A stretch of 64,000 bases of DNA from Pseudolabrys sp. (GCA_026125895.1 JAHCKG010000018.1:8231-72230); one strand, 5' to 3'; positions 18,476 through 27,673 are shown, counted from the stretch's first letter. Notes: generated by a model from the letters alone, not told the origin. Numbers and translations: made by a program.

Positions 18476-18527
18476 CATCCTTCGAGGCTCCCTCCGCTTC
18501 GCGGAGGTCGCACCTCAGGATGACGGG
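18476..18527. repeat. REP-like unit, family C (right arm)
   Basis: 52 bp identical to 18023-18074. Confidence 0.92.
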
Positions 18528-18550
18528 ACAGGGGCTTGCGAGCAACGGCC

Positions 18551-20947
18551 TCACAACGCCTTCAAATATCGCATCGGCCGGCCCGGCGCGATCGCTTCCG
18601 CCGCGGCAATGATGGCATTGGAGTCGATGCCGTAGTGCTTGTAGAGGTCGGCCAGCGTGCCGGTCTGGCCGAAATGTTCGACGCCGAGGCCGCGCGTGCG
18701 GTTGCCGTGGACGGCGCCGAGCCACGACAAGGTCGCCGGGTGGCCGTCGACCACGCTGACGATGCCGCAATTCGGCTGCAGGCCGCCGAGCAGCCGCTCG
18801 ATATGCGAGCGCGCATGAACGAGGCCGCGCTCGCGCGCGCGCTGCGCTGCCGTCCAGCCGGCATTGAGGCGGTCGGCGGAGGTCACGGCGAGCAGGCCGA
18901 TATCGCGGCGGTCTTCCGCCATCAGGCCGACCGCGGCGATGGCTTCCGGCGCAATGGCGCCGGTGTAGGCGATAATCACCTGGGCATTCGGGCCCGGCTC
19001 GCGCAGCCAGTAGGCGCCGTCGATGATGTGCTGGCGCAATTCCGGCGTCATGTTGCGCTGGATCTGCTCGATCGGCCGCGTCGAAAGCCGCAGGTAAACC
19101 GAGCCACCGGTCTCGTCGCGCAGCCAGTTCTGCTCCGACGCTTCGGCGTCCTTGCCGTCCTTCTGCAAATACTCGAACGACCAGCGCATGATCTCGGCGA
19201 GTTCATCGACGAAGGCCGGCTCGAACGAGGCAAGGCCGTCCTGCGCCATGCCGATCAGCGGCTCGGCGATCGACTGATGCGCGCCGCCTTCGCCGGCGAG
19301 CGTGATACCCGAGGGCGTCGCCACCACCATGAAGCGCGAGTCCTGGTAGCAACCGTAATTGAGCTGATCGAGGCCGCGGGCGATGAACGGATCGTACAAT
19401 GTGCCGATCGGCAGCAGCCGAACGCCGTTGATCGAATGCGACAGGCCGAGCGCCGAGAGATTGATGAACAGGTTCGACTCGGCGATGCCGAGTTCGATGT
19501 GCTGGCCCTTCGGCGAGAATTCCCAATTGAAGGTCGAAGGAATCTGCTCGCTCTTGAAAGTGTCGGCCATCGCTTCGCGCGCGAACAGGCCGCGGCGATT
19601 GACCCACGGACCGAGATTGGTCGACACCGTGACGTCCGGCGACGTGGTGACGATGCGCTGCGCGAATTCCGAATCCTCGCGACCGATCTCGTGCAGGATC
19701 GTGCCGAAGCCGGTCTGCGTCGCCATGGTCGGCTGAATGGTGACCTTGAGCGTTTCCGGCACCGGAATGGCCGGCGCGGTCAGGCGGCGGTCGCCGCCCG
19801 ACAGGAACGGCACCTTGTCGAGAAAGGCCTGTAGCGCATCGGCCCCGTCGAGGCCCTCGAACTTGTCCCACTCGTGGCCCGGCCGCACCTTCATCTTCGT
19901 GCGGAAACCTTCCATCTGCGCCGGCGTCATCAGGCCGGCGTGGTTGTCCTTGTGGCCCGCCATCGGCAGGCCGAAGCCCTTCACCGTGTAGCAGATGAAG
20001 CAGGTCGGCTTTTCCGGATCGGCGCCATGGAAGGCTTCCAGCAGCGCCGGCAGGTCGTGGCCGCCGAGGTTGTTCATCAGCGCGGCGAGCTCGTCGTCGC
20101 TGCGGCTGGCGATCAACTTCGACACCGGGCCCTGATCGCCGATCTCGTCATTGAGCCGCTTGCGCCACGCCGCGCCGCCGGCAAACACCAGCGCCGAATA
20201 GAGCGGGTTCGGACAGGTATCGATCCAGTGCTTGAGCTTGTCGCCGCCCGGCTCCTTGAACGCCGCCTGTTGCAGCGAGCCGTATTTCACGATGGCGACA
20301 TTCCATCCGAAATTCTTGAACAGCTGCTCGTAGCGCTCCCACAGGCCTTCCCGCACCACCGCGTCGAGGCTCTGCCGGTTGTAGTCGATGACCCACCAGC
20401 AATTGCGCAGGCCCTGCTTCCAGCCGTCGAGCAGCGCTTCGAAGATGTTGCCTTCGTCGAGTTCGGCGTCGCCGACCAGCGCCACCATGCGGCCTTCGGG
20501 GCGATCCTTGGCCCAGCCATGCGCCTTCACGTAGTCCTGCGTCAGCGACGAGAACAAGGTCTGCGCGACGCCGAGGCCGACCGAGCCGGTCGAGAAATCG
20601 ACGTCGTCGGTGTCCTTGGTGCGTGACGGATAGCTCTGCGCGCCCTTGTAGCCGCGGAAGGCTTCCATCTTCTCGCGCGTCTGCTTGCCGAACAGATATT
20701 GAATGGCGTGATAGATCGGCGAGGCGTGCGGCTTGACCGCGACCCGGTCCTGCGGCCGCAGCACGTCGAAATACAGCGCCGTCATGATGGTGGCGAGCGA
20801 TGCTGACGACGCCTGATGACCGCCCACTTTCAAGCCGTCATTGTTCTCGCGGATGTGGTTGGCGTTGTGGATCATCCAGCTCGCCAGCCACAGCACCTTG
20901 CGCTCGAGAGCGCCGAGGGATTTCAGTTCGTTCGCATTGGTTGCCAT
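18551..20947 (-). CDS. ThDP-dependent homodimeric 2-oxoacid dehydrogenase E1 / transketolase-like protein (AceE/MdeB-like)
   Basis: KVGGHQASSAS, KPHASP, STGSVGLG, GDAELDEGN ThDP motif, ELGIAESN, EGGAHQS. Confidence 0.85.
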   Translation of the reverse strand: MATNANELKSLGALERKVLWLASWMIHNANHIRENNDGLKVGGHQASSASLATIMTALYFDVLRPQDRVAVKPHASPIYHAIQYLFGKQTREKMEAFRGYKGAQSYPSRTKDTDDVDFSTGSVGLGVAQTLFSSLTQDYVKAHGWAKDRPEGRMVALVGDAELDEGNIFEALLDGWKQGLRNCWWVIDYNRQSLDAVVREGLWERYEQLFKNFGWNVAIVKYGSLQQAAFKEPGGDKLKHWIDTCPNPLYSALVFAGGAAWRKRLNDEIGDQGPVSKLIASRSDDELAALMNNLGGHDLPALLEAFHGADPEKPTCFICYTVKGFGLPMAGHKDNHAGLMTPAQMEGFRTKMKVRPGHEWDKFEGLDGADALQAFLDKVPFLSGGDRRLTAPAIPVPETLKVTIQPTMATQTGFGTILHEIGREDSEFAQRIVTTSPDVTVSTNLGPWVNRRGLFAREAMADTFKSEQIPSTFNWEFSPKGQHIELGIAESNLFINLSALGLSHSINGVRLLPIGTLYDPFIARGLDQLNYGCYQDSRFMVVATPSGITLAGEGGAHQSIAEPLIGMAQDGLASFEPAFVDELAEIMRWSFEYLQKDGKDAEASEQNWLRDETGGSVYLRLSTRPIEQIQRNMTPELRQHIIDGAYWLREPGPNAQVIIAYTGAIAPEAIAAVGLMAEDRRDIGLLAVTSADRLNAGWTAAQRARERGLVHARSHIERLLGGLQPNCGIVSVVDGHPATLSWLGAVHGNRTRGLGVEHFGQTGTLADLYKHYGIDSNAIIAAAEAIAPGRPMRYLKAL

Positions 20948-21081
20948 GGCGCGTTTCCGGGATTCTTTTTTCCTGCCGCCGGATTGTGCGCCTTTCATCA
21001 TGGCGATGCCTGCCAAAGCGCGCTATCATTCCGGACGATATTGGCAGAACATGCCAATAAATTGTCTAGTAAAGGCGTAAA

Positions 21082-21561
21082 ATGCCAATTCTGGAACTCG
21101 ATCCGATCGACCGCAAGATCCTCGGCCTGCTGCAGGCCGACGGTCGCATGAGCATCAACGATCTCGCCGCGCAGGTCGGGCTGTCGCCGTCGCCGTGCCT
21201 GCGCCGTGTCCGGCTCCTGGAAAAGGCCGGCGTCATCAACCGCTATGTCGCGGTGCTTGACCAGCGCGCGGTGGGGCTGCCGGTGTCGGTGTTCATCTCG
21301 ATCAAGCTCGACAAGCAGCGCGAGGAGATGCTCGAGCGCTTCGGCAAGACGATCTCGCGCTGGCCGGAAGTTTTGGAGTGCTACCTGATGACCGGGCAGC
21401 GCGATTATCTGCTGCGCGTCGTGGTGCCGGACCTGCCGAGCTACGAGCGCTTCCTCAAGACCAAGCTGACACGGCTCGACGGCATCGCCTCGATCGAATC
21501 GAGTTTCGCGCTGGAGCAGGTGAAGTACACCAACGTGCTGCCGGTGGAGGCGCGCGCCTAG
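21082..21561 (+). CDS. Lrp/AsnC family transcriptional regulator
   Basis: LDPIDRKIL..LQ.DGR, VGLSPSPCLRRV..LE, ECYLMTG..DYLL. Confidence 0.93.
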   Translation: MPILELDPIDRKILGLLQADGRMSINDLAAQVGLSPSPCLRRVRLLEKAGVINRYVAVLDQRAVGLPVSVFISIKLDKQREEMLERFGKTISRWPEVLECYLMTGQRDYLLRVVVPDLPSYERFLKTKLTRLDGIASIESSFALEQVKYTNVLPVEARA

Positions 21562-22991
21562 TCGTTCTTCTGCGCGGCGGTCAGCGGCTTGTCCGGCGCG
21601 GCGAGCACGGTCTTGCACGCCGGGGGGAGGTCAGCGAGCGTGATCTGCTTCGGCGGCTTCGCATTGGGGTTGGGCGGCGCGCGCTTGGGATGCAGCACAC
21701 GGTCCGAGAACCAGTAGTCGAGCGCCTTGCCGCAGCCGTCGCTCTCCGGCACCGGCGGCTGCTTGCGGCAGCTCGGCGAATCCGGCGGGCAGGACAGGCG
21801 GACATGGATGTGGTCGTGGTGGGCGTACCAGGGCCGCACCTTGTCCATCCACTCCGGATGCTTGTTGCCCTGCATCCGGCACATTTCCTTTTTGATCGCG
21901 GCGTTCACCAGCACGCGTTCGACGCCCGGCTGCTCGGCCGCGACGCGGATGAAGTCATAATGCTGCGGCGTCCAGGTCTTCGGATTGATGTTCTTCCAGT
22001 CGGCGGCGACGAGGTTGGTCGCCGAGATCTTTTCGCGCTCCTCGCTCGACAGCACGTGGTTCGGCATCGGCATGAACCAGATGTCGACGTCGAGGCCGAT
22101 CTGATGGCTGACATGACCGAAGGGCAGGGGGCCGCCGCGCGGTTGCGCCATGTCGCCGACGAGAATGCCGTGCCAGCCGGTGGCCTTGGCGGCGGCGGGG
22201 GCAAAGCGCTCGAGGAAGCGCACGAGACTGGGGTGCCCCCACATGCGGTTGCGCGAGATGCGCATGACCTGCCAGGTCGGCCCGTTGACCGGCAGCGCGA
22301 CGCCGCCCTGCAGACAGCCACGCGGGTAGTAGCCGATCGCCATGGCCTTGCCGAGGCTCGGCAGTTTCTCGGCCGCGAACAGTTTCTTCGCCGGGGTCGT
22401 CTCGTCCGCCTTGATGGGCTGATCGACGGCGGCCGGCTTTTCCGGAGGCGGCGGTGGCGGCAGCGCCGCAACCTTCGGCTCCGGCGCTGGCGGTGCTGAT
22501 GGGGCCGGCGCGATCACCGGCTCGGCGGGAGCCGGCGTGGCTGCGGCCGGTGGCGCAACAGGCGGCGGCGCAGCCGGCACGACCTTGGCCGACTCGGCCG
22601 CAGGCGGCGCGACTGGCGCCGGCGCAACGGCGACCGGAGGCGGCGGCTCAGGTGACGGGGCCGGTGCGAGCGCGGCGGATTTCTGCGGCGGCGGCTCGAC
22701 CGCGGCCGGCGGCGCCGGCGGCGTCACAGCGACCGGTGGCGGCGGCGCTTCGGTGTTTGTTTTTGGCGGAGCCGTGCTGGCGACGGCCGCGGTCTGCGGC
22801 CGCGGCATCATGGCGACCGGAGGCGGCGTTGGCGCCGGCGTCACCGCGGGCGCGGGCTCGGCGGCCGGTTTGGCCTGCGCGACCGGCGTCGGCGTCGGCT
22901 CGGGCGCGCGCTCCTTGGTGGGCACGAATAAATACACGCCGGCGCCAAGCGCCACGGCGCAAACAGCAATGATGGCGGCGGGTTTGAGCAT
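21558..22991 (-). CDS. mepA: Penicillin-insensitive murein endopeptidase with N-terminal anchor and long Pro/Ala linker
   Basis: IGYYPRGCL, RNRMWGHP, GDMAQPRGGP, H.SHQIGLDVDIW, H.DH.HVRL.CP. Confidence 0.9.
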   Translation of the reverse strand: MLKPAAIIAVCAVALGAGVYLFVPTKERAPEPTPTPVAQAKPAAEPAPAVTPAPTPPPVAMMPRPQTAAVASTAPPKTNTEAPPPPVAVTPPAPPAAVEPPPQKSAALAPAPSPEPPPPVAVAPAPVAPPAAESAKVVPAAPPPVAPPAAATPAPAEPVIAPAPSAPPAPEPKVAALPPPPPPEKPAAVDQPIKADETTPAKKLFAAEKLPSLGKAMAIGYYPRGCLQGGVALPVNGPTWQVMRISRNRMWGHPSLVRFLERFAPAAAKATGWHGILVGDMAQPRGGPLPFGHVSHQIGLDVDIWFMPMPNHVLSSEEREKISATNLVAADWKNINPKTWTPQHYDFIRVAAEQPGVERVLVNAAIKKEMCRMQGNKHPEWMDKVRPWYAHHDHIHVRLSCPPDSPSCRKQPPVPESDGCGKALDYWFSDRVLHPKRAPPNPNAKPPKQITLADLPPACKTVLAAPDKPLTAAQKND

Positions 22992-23117
22992 CGCGACCGC
23001 GATTTAAGCCATTTCGCCGCCGGGTGTCAGGTTAATTGCACAGAATGGTTTAGGCGGAACCGGGGTCGCTACCGGACCGTGGCCATCACGAAAACGTAAG
23101 CCAGCACAACGACTTTT

Positions 23118-23137
23118 ATGGTTAACGAAAGCTTTAC
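23118..23137. promoter_or_regulatory. CtrA-like box between mepA and the L,D-transpeptidase genes
   Basis: TTAA-N7-TTTAC, containing ATGGTTAA (TTAACCAT on the minus strand). Confidence 0.45.
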
Positions 23138-23216
23138 AAGGGACCGGCGGATGGGCGATCCTCTGGTTCCGGGAGTACCCCGCTGTGGCGGGCGTATGAG
23201 CTGTAGGGGAAGTGTC

Positions 23217-24143
23217 ATGCGTTGTGCGCGTGTTTCAGCGGCCATGGCCGCGCTGTTCGTGCTGGCGCCAGTTGCCGCTTCATCGTCGTCGGCGCGCGCC
23301 GATATCCGCATCACCATCAGCAAGGCCGAGCAGCGCGTCGTCGTCGATGTCGATGGCAGCGAACGCTATCGCTGGCCGGTGTCCACCGGCCGCAGCGGCT
23401 ACTCGACGCCGTCGGGATCGTTTCGTCCGGTCCGCCTGGAGAAAAGCTGGTACTCGCGCAAATACGACTGGGCGCCGATGCCGCATTCGATCTTCTTCTA
23501 CAAGGGCTATGCGATGCACGGCACGCTCGAGGAACGCCGCCTCGGCCGCCCCGCCTCGCATGGCTGCGTGCGCTTGAGCCGCGCCAATGCGTCCACCTTG
23601 TTTGCGCTGCTGCGCGAGCGCGGCAAGAACAGCGCCAGCATCGAGGTGATCGACGGCCGCTTGCCGGCGCCGCTGCCCGCACCGCTGGCGGACCCGCGGC
23701 TGAACATCGCCGAAATCAAGGCGACGCTGCGCAGCGAGAGCAAGCAAGCGCTGGCCGAACCCGACGCAAAAGCTGACGCAAAGCCCGACGCCAAGCCTGA
23801 AGCAAAGGCAGACGTTAAGCCCGACATCAAACCGGCAGCGAAAGCCGATACGAAAGTCGCGCGCCTCCCCGAACCGGCGCCCGTGATCAAGGTCGCGGCC
23901 AAGCCGGAAGTTGACGTGCCGCTGCCGCGCGCTGCCATTAGGGTGGCGACGGCCGACGTCGCGGCGCTGCCGCCCAAGGCGCGCATCATCGCCGTGACGG
24001 CGCGCCCGGCTCCGCAAGTCCCCGCCAAGATCGAGATCGTGCGCGGCGGGCCGTTCACCTCGGTCGGCGACGACGCCGCGGTTTTGCGCGGCCGCGAGGC
24101 CTGGCTGCGCAGCCTCGACCGCAAGTACGGGATCACGCGCTAA
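23217..24143 (+). CDS. L,D-transpeptidase (YkuD) with Lys/Ala/Pro-rich C-terminal tail
   Basis: WPVSTG, YAMHGT, ASHGCVRL; signal peptide. Confidence 0.9.
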   Translation: MRCARVSAAMAALFVLAPVAASSSSARADIRITISKAEQRVVVDVDGSERYRWPVSTGRSGYSTPSGSFRPVRLEKSWYSRKYDWAPMPHSIFFYKGYAMHGTLEERRLGRPASHGCVRLSRANASTLFALLRERGKNSASIEVIDGRLPAPLPAPLADPRLNIAEIKATLRSESKQALAEPDAKADAKPDAKPEAKADVKPDIKPAAKADTKVARLPEPAPVIKVAAKPEVDVPLPRAAIRVATADVAALPPKARIIAVTARPAPQVPAKIEIVRGGPFTSVGDDAAVLRGREAWLRSLDRKYGITR

Positions 24144-24206
24144 CCAAGCTTTGCGATCGCGCCTTCCGCCGGCGCAAATCGCGGTAAACAGAACGAGGAG
24201 TGAGTT

Positions 24207-24857
24207 ATGCGTCTTCTCGCCGTTATCGCAGCCCTGGCGGCACTGGCATGCGCCGGTGTGCCCGCGCGCGCCGGCATTCTCATCACGGTCGACAAATCGG
24301 CGCAGCAACTGACCGTGCACGTCGATGGCGCGACCCGCTATCGCTGGCCGGTGTCGACGGCGCGATGGGGTTACAACACGCCGAACGGAACATACAGGCC
24401 GCAACGTCTGGAGCGGCAGTGGTACTCGCGCAAATACGACTGGTCGCCGATGCCGCACTCCATCTTCTTTGCCGGCGGCTACGCCATCCACGGCAGCAAC
24501 GAGATTTCGCGGCTCGGCCGCCCGGCGTCGCATGGCTGCATCCGCCTGCATCCGCGCAATGCGGCGACCTTGTTCGACCTGGTGAAGCACAACACCGGCG
24601 CGACGCGTATCGAGATCACCGGCAGCCGGCCCGACGCGATCGTGGCGACGCGCGTGAAGAAATATCGCCAGGCGCCGGCCGAAGAGGTCGTGACGCGCGG
24701 CCGCAGCTATGTCGAACGGCGGCCGGCGGCGCGCCGCGTCGAGGTCAGGGTCGAGGAGCGCGCGGTGCGCCGCGCCGTGCGGCACGACGCCGATTTCGAG
24801 GAAATCTTCAGCGAGCGGCCGCGCTACCGCGCCAAGCGCGCGCAGTGGGACGACTGA
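24207..24857 (+). CDS. L,D-transpeptidase (YkuD)
   Basis: WPVSTA, YAIHGS, ASHGCIRL; signal peptide; SD GAGGAG. Confidence 0.9.
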   Translation: MRLLAVIAALAALACAGVPARAGILITVDKSAQQLTVHVDGATRYRWPVSTARWGYNTPNGTYRPQRLERQWYSRKYDWSPMPHSIFFAGGYAIHGSNEISRLGRPASHGCIRLHPRNAATLFDLVKHNTGATRIEITGSRPDAIVATRVKKYRQAPAEEVVTRGRSYVERRPAARRVEVRVEERAVRRAVRHDADFEEIFSERPRYRAKRAQWDD

Positions 24858-24875
24858 GGCTGCGGGGGCCCGCAA

Positions 24876-24973
24876 ACTCCGCTCATTCCCGCGAAAGCGG
24901 GGACCCAGTCTTAACAACAATCAAGCCAGCGAATGCGTCTCTGGATTCCCGCTTTCGCGGGAATGAGCGGAGT
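24876..24973. repeat. REP-like doublet, family A
   Basis: Long near-perfect inverted repeat actccgctcattcccgcgaaagcggg / cccgctttcgcgggaatgagcggagt between convergent genes. Confidence 0.92.
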
Positions 24974-24992
24974 ATGGATGGGCGGATGAGGT

Positions 24993-25295
24993 CTAGCTCG
25001 CCCGGCGCTTGCGCGTCGCCGCCGCCTTCTTGGCCGAGCGCGAACGCGCCGCCTTGGAGCGTGAGGCCGAAGCACGGCCGCCGGCTTTGCCGCCTTTGCG
25101 CGAGGAAGCGTGGCTTTCCTTCTTGCCGCGGCCGGAGCCGGACTTTTTGCCGCCGCCCGACTCCTTGTTGACCGTGGCCCAGGCCCGGCGCTCGGCTTCC
25201 TTCTTCGAGGTGCCGCGCTTCTCGTAACCTTCTTCGATGTGTTCGGCCTTGCGTTTCTGTTTCGACGTATAGGCCGCCTTGCTGCCGCGTGCCAT
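24993..25295 (-). CDS. Small basic protein (family often labelled plasmid stabilization protein; KGG-like tail)
   Basis: YTSKQKRKAEHIEEGYE.RG....EAERRAWATVNK.SGGG; SD GGAGG before the ATG at 25295. Confidence 0.8.
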   Translation of the reverse strand: MARGSKAAYTSKQKRKAEHIEEGYEKRGTSKKEAERRAWATVNKESGGGKKSGSGRGKKESHASSRKGGKAGGRASASRSKAARSRSAKKAAATRKRRAS

Positions 25296-25365
25296 GACGC
25301 TTCCTCCTGCATGAATGTCGCAGGGCTTGAACGCGGCAAAACGAACGGCGGTTCCGGCCGCCGCC

Positions 25366-25761
25366 TTACATCCCGGGCTCGATCGGCTTGTCGATGGCGC
25401 CGCCGCTCTCCGCCCAATCCTTGAAGGCGCCGAGATTGAGCACCTTGTCGAAGCCGAGATCCTTGAGCGCCTTGCCGGCAAGCGCCGAGCGGCCGCCCGA
25501 CGCGCAATAGACGATGATGGTCTTGTCCTTGGCGAAATGCTTGTCGTGATAGGGCGAGGAGGGATCGGCGCGGAATTCGAGCATGCCGCGCGAGACGTGA
25601 TGCGCGCCCTTGACCAGGCCGCTCTTCTCCACCTCCGGCGCGTCGCGCACATCGACGACCAGCGTGTCGCCCTTGGCGATCAGTTCCTTCGCCTGCGCCG
25701 GCGACACGCGCGGCACCGCGGCGTTGGCTTGCTCCATCAACTCTTTCAAGGTGGTGGCCAT
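25366..25761 (-). CDS. Rhodanese-like domain protein
   Basis: VVDVRD, RGMLEF.AD, YCASGGRSALA. Confidence 0.9.
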   Translation of the reverse strand: MATTLKELMEQANAAVPRVSPAQAKELIAKGDTLVVDVRDAPEVEKSGLVKGAHHVSRGMLEFRADPSSPYHDKHFAKDKTIIVYCASGGRSALAGKALKDLGFDKVLNLGAFKDWAESGGAIDKPIEPGM

Positions 25762-25847
25762 GTCATCGTCTCCGTTTGCCCCGCCGCCCGAAGACTAGAG
25801 CGCGCGAGACGGTAGAAGCAAGCGGGCGAGCAAGCCGGGCCGAGGCG

Positions 25848-26189
25848 TCAGAACAGCGCGGCGCCGAGGGCGATCTCCTGCTCGGGCGTGACGAAGATCG
25901 TCGCGCCGCCTTCGCCCGGCACGCCGAGCGTCAGCACCTCGGAGATTTCCGGCCCCATCCTGCGCGGCGCGAAGTTGACGACCGCGAGCACCTGACGGCC
26001 GACCAGCTGTTCCTTGGTGTAATGCCGATAGGCGCCGCACGACACTTTGCTGCCGATGTCGCCGCCGAAGTCGATGGTCATGCGCCAGGTCGGCTTCTTC
26101 GTCTGCGCGTCCTCGACCTTGACGATGCGGCCGACGCGGATGTCGAGCGCGTCGAAGTGCGAGAAGTCGGCGACGGGTTTGATCGGCAT
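25848..26189 (-). CDS. csaA: tRNA-binding protein / chaperone CsaA
   Basis: LDIRVGRI, IDFG, GRQV.AVVNF.PR, SEVLTLG. Confidence 0.85.
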   Translation of the reverse strand: MPIKPVADFSHFDALDIRVGRIVKVEDAQTKKPTWRMTIDFGGDIGSKVSCGAYRHYTKEQLVGRQVLAVVNFAPRRMGPEISEVLTLGVPGEGGATIFVTPEQEIALGAALF

Positions 26190-26201
26190 GAGGCTCTCCC
26201 G

Positions 26202-26235
26202 GCTGGCATCGTCCGAACATGCGGACGATGCCAGC
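26202..26235. terminator. Perfect 14-bp hairpin between the monooxygenase gene and csaA (terminator or stabiliser)
   Basis: gctggcatcgtccg-aacatg-cggacgatgccagc; no clear U-tract. Confidence 0.4.
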
Positions 26236-26297
26236 TATTGCCCGCGGCCATCATGCGTCAAGCTCTCGCGCGCGCGGCATCGCGCCTCGCGACATCG

Positions 26298-27548
26298 TCA
26301 GGACGCGAGCAGGGCCGGTGCCGCGGGCCGGCGCAGAGCCGGCCGTGGCGGCGGCAACTGCGCCAGTTGCGGGCGCGCCAGCCCCGACAGGTTCATGACG
26401 ATCTTGCGCTTGGCCGGCGCGACACGATCGAGGATGTGAAACGCCGCGTTGCGCAGCGCACGGCCGGCGGGATTGTGCATGGTCGCAAGCCGGGTCAGGC
26501 GTCCGGCCAGCCCGAGCACCTGCGCCGCCGCCGGCCGGCGCAAGGTCTGGTGCAGATCGAGCGCCGCCTCGGGCCGCCGGCCGCCGATGACATCGGCCAG
26601 CAACGGGCCGAGCACGCAGGCATCGACCAGGCCGCAGTTCATGCCCTGACCGCCGGCCGGGCTGTGCACATGCGCGGCATCGCCGATCAGGAACAGCCGG
26701 TCCTTGCGATAGGCGCTCGCCAGCCGGTGATGCACGCGGAAGCGCGAGCTCCACACCACATCGAGGACCTTGCCGGCCTTGCGCCGCGGGCCGCTGGCAT
26801 CGAGCAGCGCCTGAATGTCGGCGACGTCCGGCTTTTCCGGCGCATCGGCGACGGTGGCGACGATGCGATAGGAGCCGTCGGGCAGCGGCGCGACGACGAC
26901 GAGCCCGGCCGCCGAGAAGAACAGCGAGACTTCCGGCTTGGCGAGCGGCCAATCCATGTGCACGTCGGCGAGGACAAAGGATTCGCCATAGGCGCCGCCG
27001 TCGAAGGCGATGCCCGCGGCGGCGCGCACGACGCTGTGCATGCCGTCGGCGCCGACGGCATAGCGGGCGCGAATGACGGCCGGGCCCGACGCGGTGTCGA
27101 GCGTGGCTTCGACGCCGCTATCGCCTTGCGTGAGTGCCTGCACGGATACGCCGCGATGCACCGTGCCGCCGAGCGAAGCGAGCCGGTCGGCCAGCACCTT
27201 TTCCGTCACGTCCTGCGGCAGCATCAGCAGATAGGAGTGATCGGTGTCGAGGCCGCCGAAGGACAGATCGAGCAGCCGCTGATCGCGATCGCGGATGCTG
27301 AAGGTGTCGAGCTTGAGGCCGCGCGCGACGAGGTCGCCGGCGACGCCGACGGAAGCCAGCACATCGAGCGTGTGGGCGTGGATGACGGCGGCGCGCGAGG
27401 TGTTCTGACCGCTGGCGAGCTTGTCGACGACGACGTGATCGACGCCGGCCTGACGCAGCGCGATGGACAGGGCAAGGCCGGTCGGACCGGCGCCGACGAC
27501 GAGAACGTCGGTCTGGGCCGGGAGAGTTCGAGCGAGTGAAGGGGTCAT
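26298..27548 (-). CDS. FAD-dependent monooxygenase (FAD_binding_3, group A)
   Basis: GAGPTG, GADGMHS.VR, GDAAHVHSPAGGQGMN. Confidence 0.92.
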   Translation of the reverse strand: MTPSLARTLPAQTDVLVVGAGPTGLALSIALRQAGVDHVVVDKLASGQNTSRAAVIHAHTLDVLASVGVAGDLVARGLKLDTFSIRDRDQRLLDLSFGGLDTDHSYLLMLPQDVTEKVLADRLASLGGTVHRGVSVQALTQGDSGVEATLDTASGPAVIRARYAVGADGMHSVVRAAAGIAFDGGAYGESFVLADVHMDWPLAKPEVSLFFSAAGLVVVAPLPDGSYRIVATVADAPEKPDVADIQALLDASGPRRKAGKVLDVVWSSRFRVHHRLASAYRKDRLFLIGDAAHVHSPAGGQGMNCGLVDACVLGPLLADVIGGRRPEAALDLHQTLRRPAAAQVLGLAGRLTRLATMHNPAGRALRNAAFHILDRVAPAKRKIVMNLSGLARPQLAQLPPPRPALRRPAAPALLAS

Positions 27549-27564
27549 GTCTGCCTCCTGGGCT

Positions 27565-27624
27565 AAAAGTCAACATTTGTTGATTTTCTATCGAGGCGAC
27601 TTGAAAAAGTCAACGTGCGTTGAT
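27565..27624. promoter_or_regulatory. Two palindromic operators (TCAAC-N4-GTTGA) for the divergent TetR regulator
   Basis: aaaagtcaacatttgttgat and aaaagtcaacgtgcgttgat, 40 bp apart in the divergent gap. Confidence 0.75.
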
Positions 27625-27673
27625 ATTACCTGCCATGCGTTCCTTGCGGAGCGCAAAATCTTCCGGGGAATCG

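Larger units (their letters stand above)
18103..18527. mobile_element. Candidate REP-bounded element carrying a GIY-YIG nuclease gene
   Basis: Gene bracketed by inverted family C arms with the same architecture as the gene-less doublet at 55053-55170; mobility is inferred only. Confidence 0.45.

Noticed and set aside
18023-18527. 52-bp direct repeats as a CRISPR array or IS ends
   Set aside because: Only two direct copies separated by a gene, with no cas genes, no transposase and no clear target duplication; they belong to a dispersed REP-like family.
24993-25295. Toxin-antitoxin or plasmid marker
   Set aside because: No ParE/RelE motifs and no antitoxin neighbour; it is a common small basic chromosomal protein.
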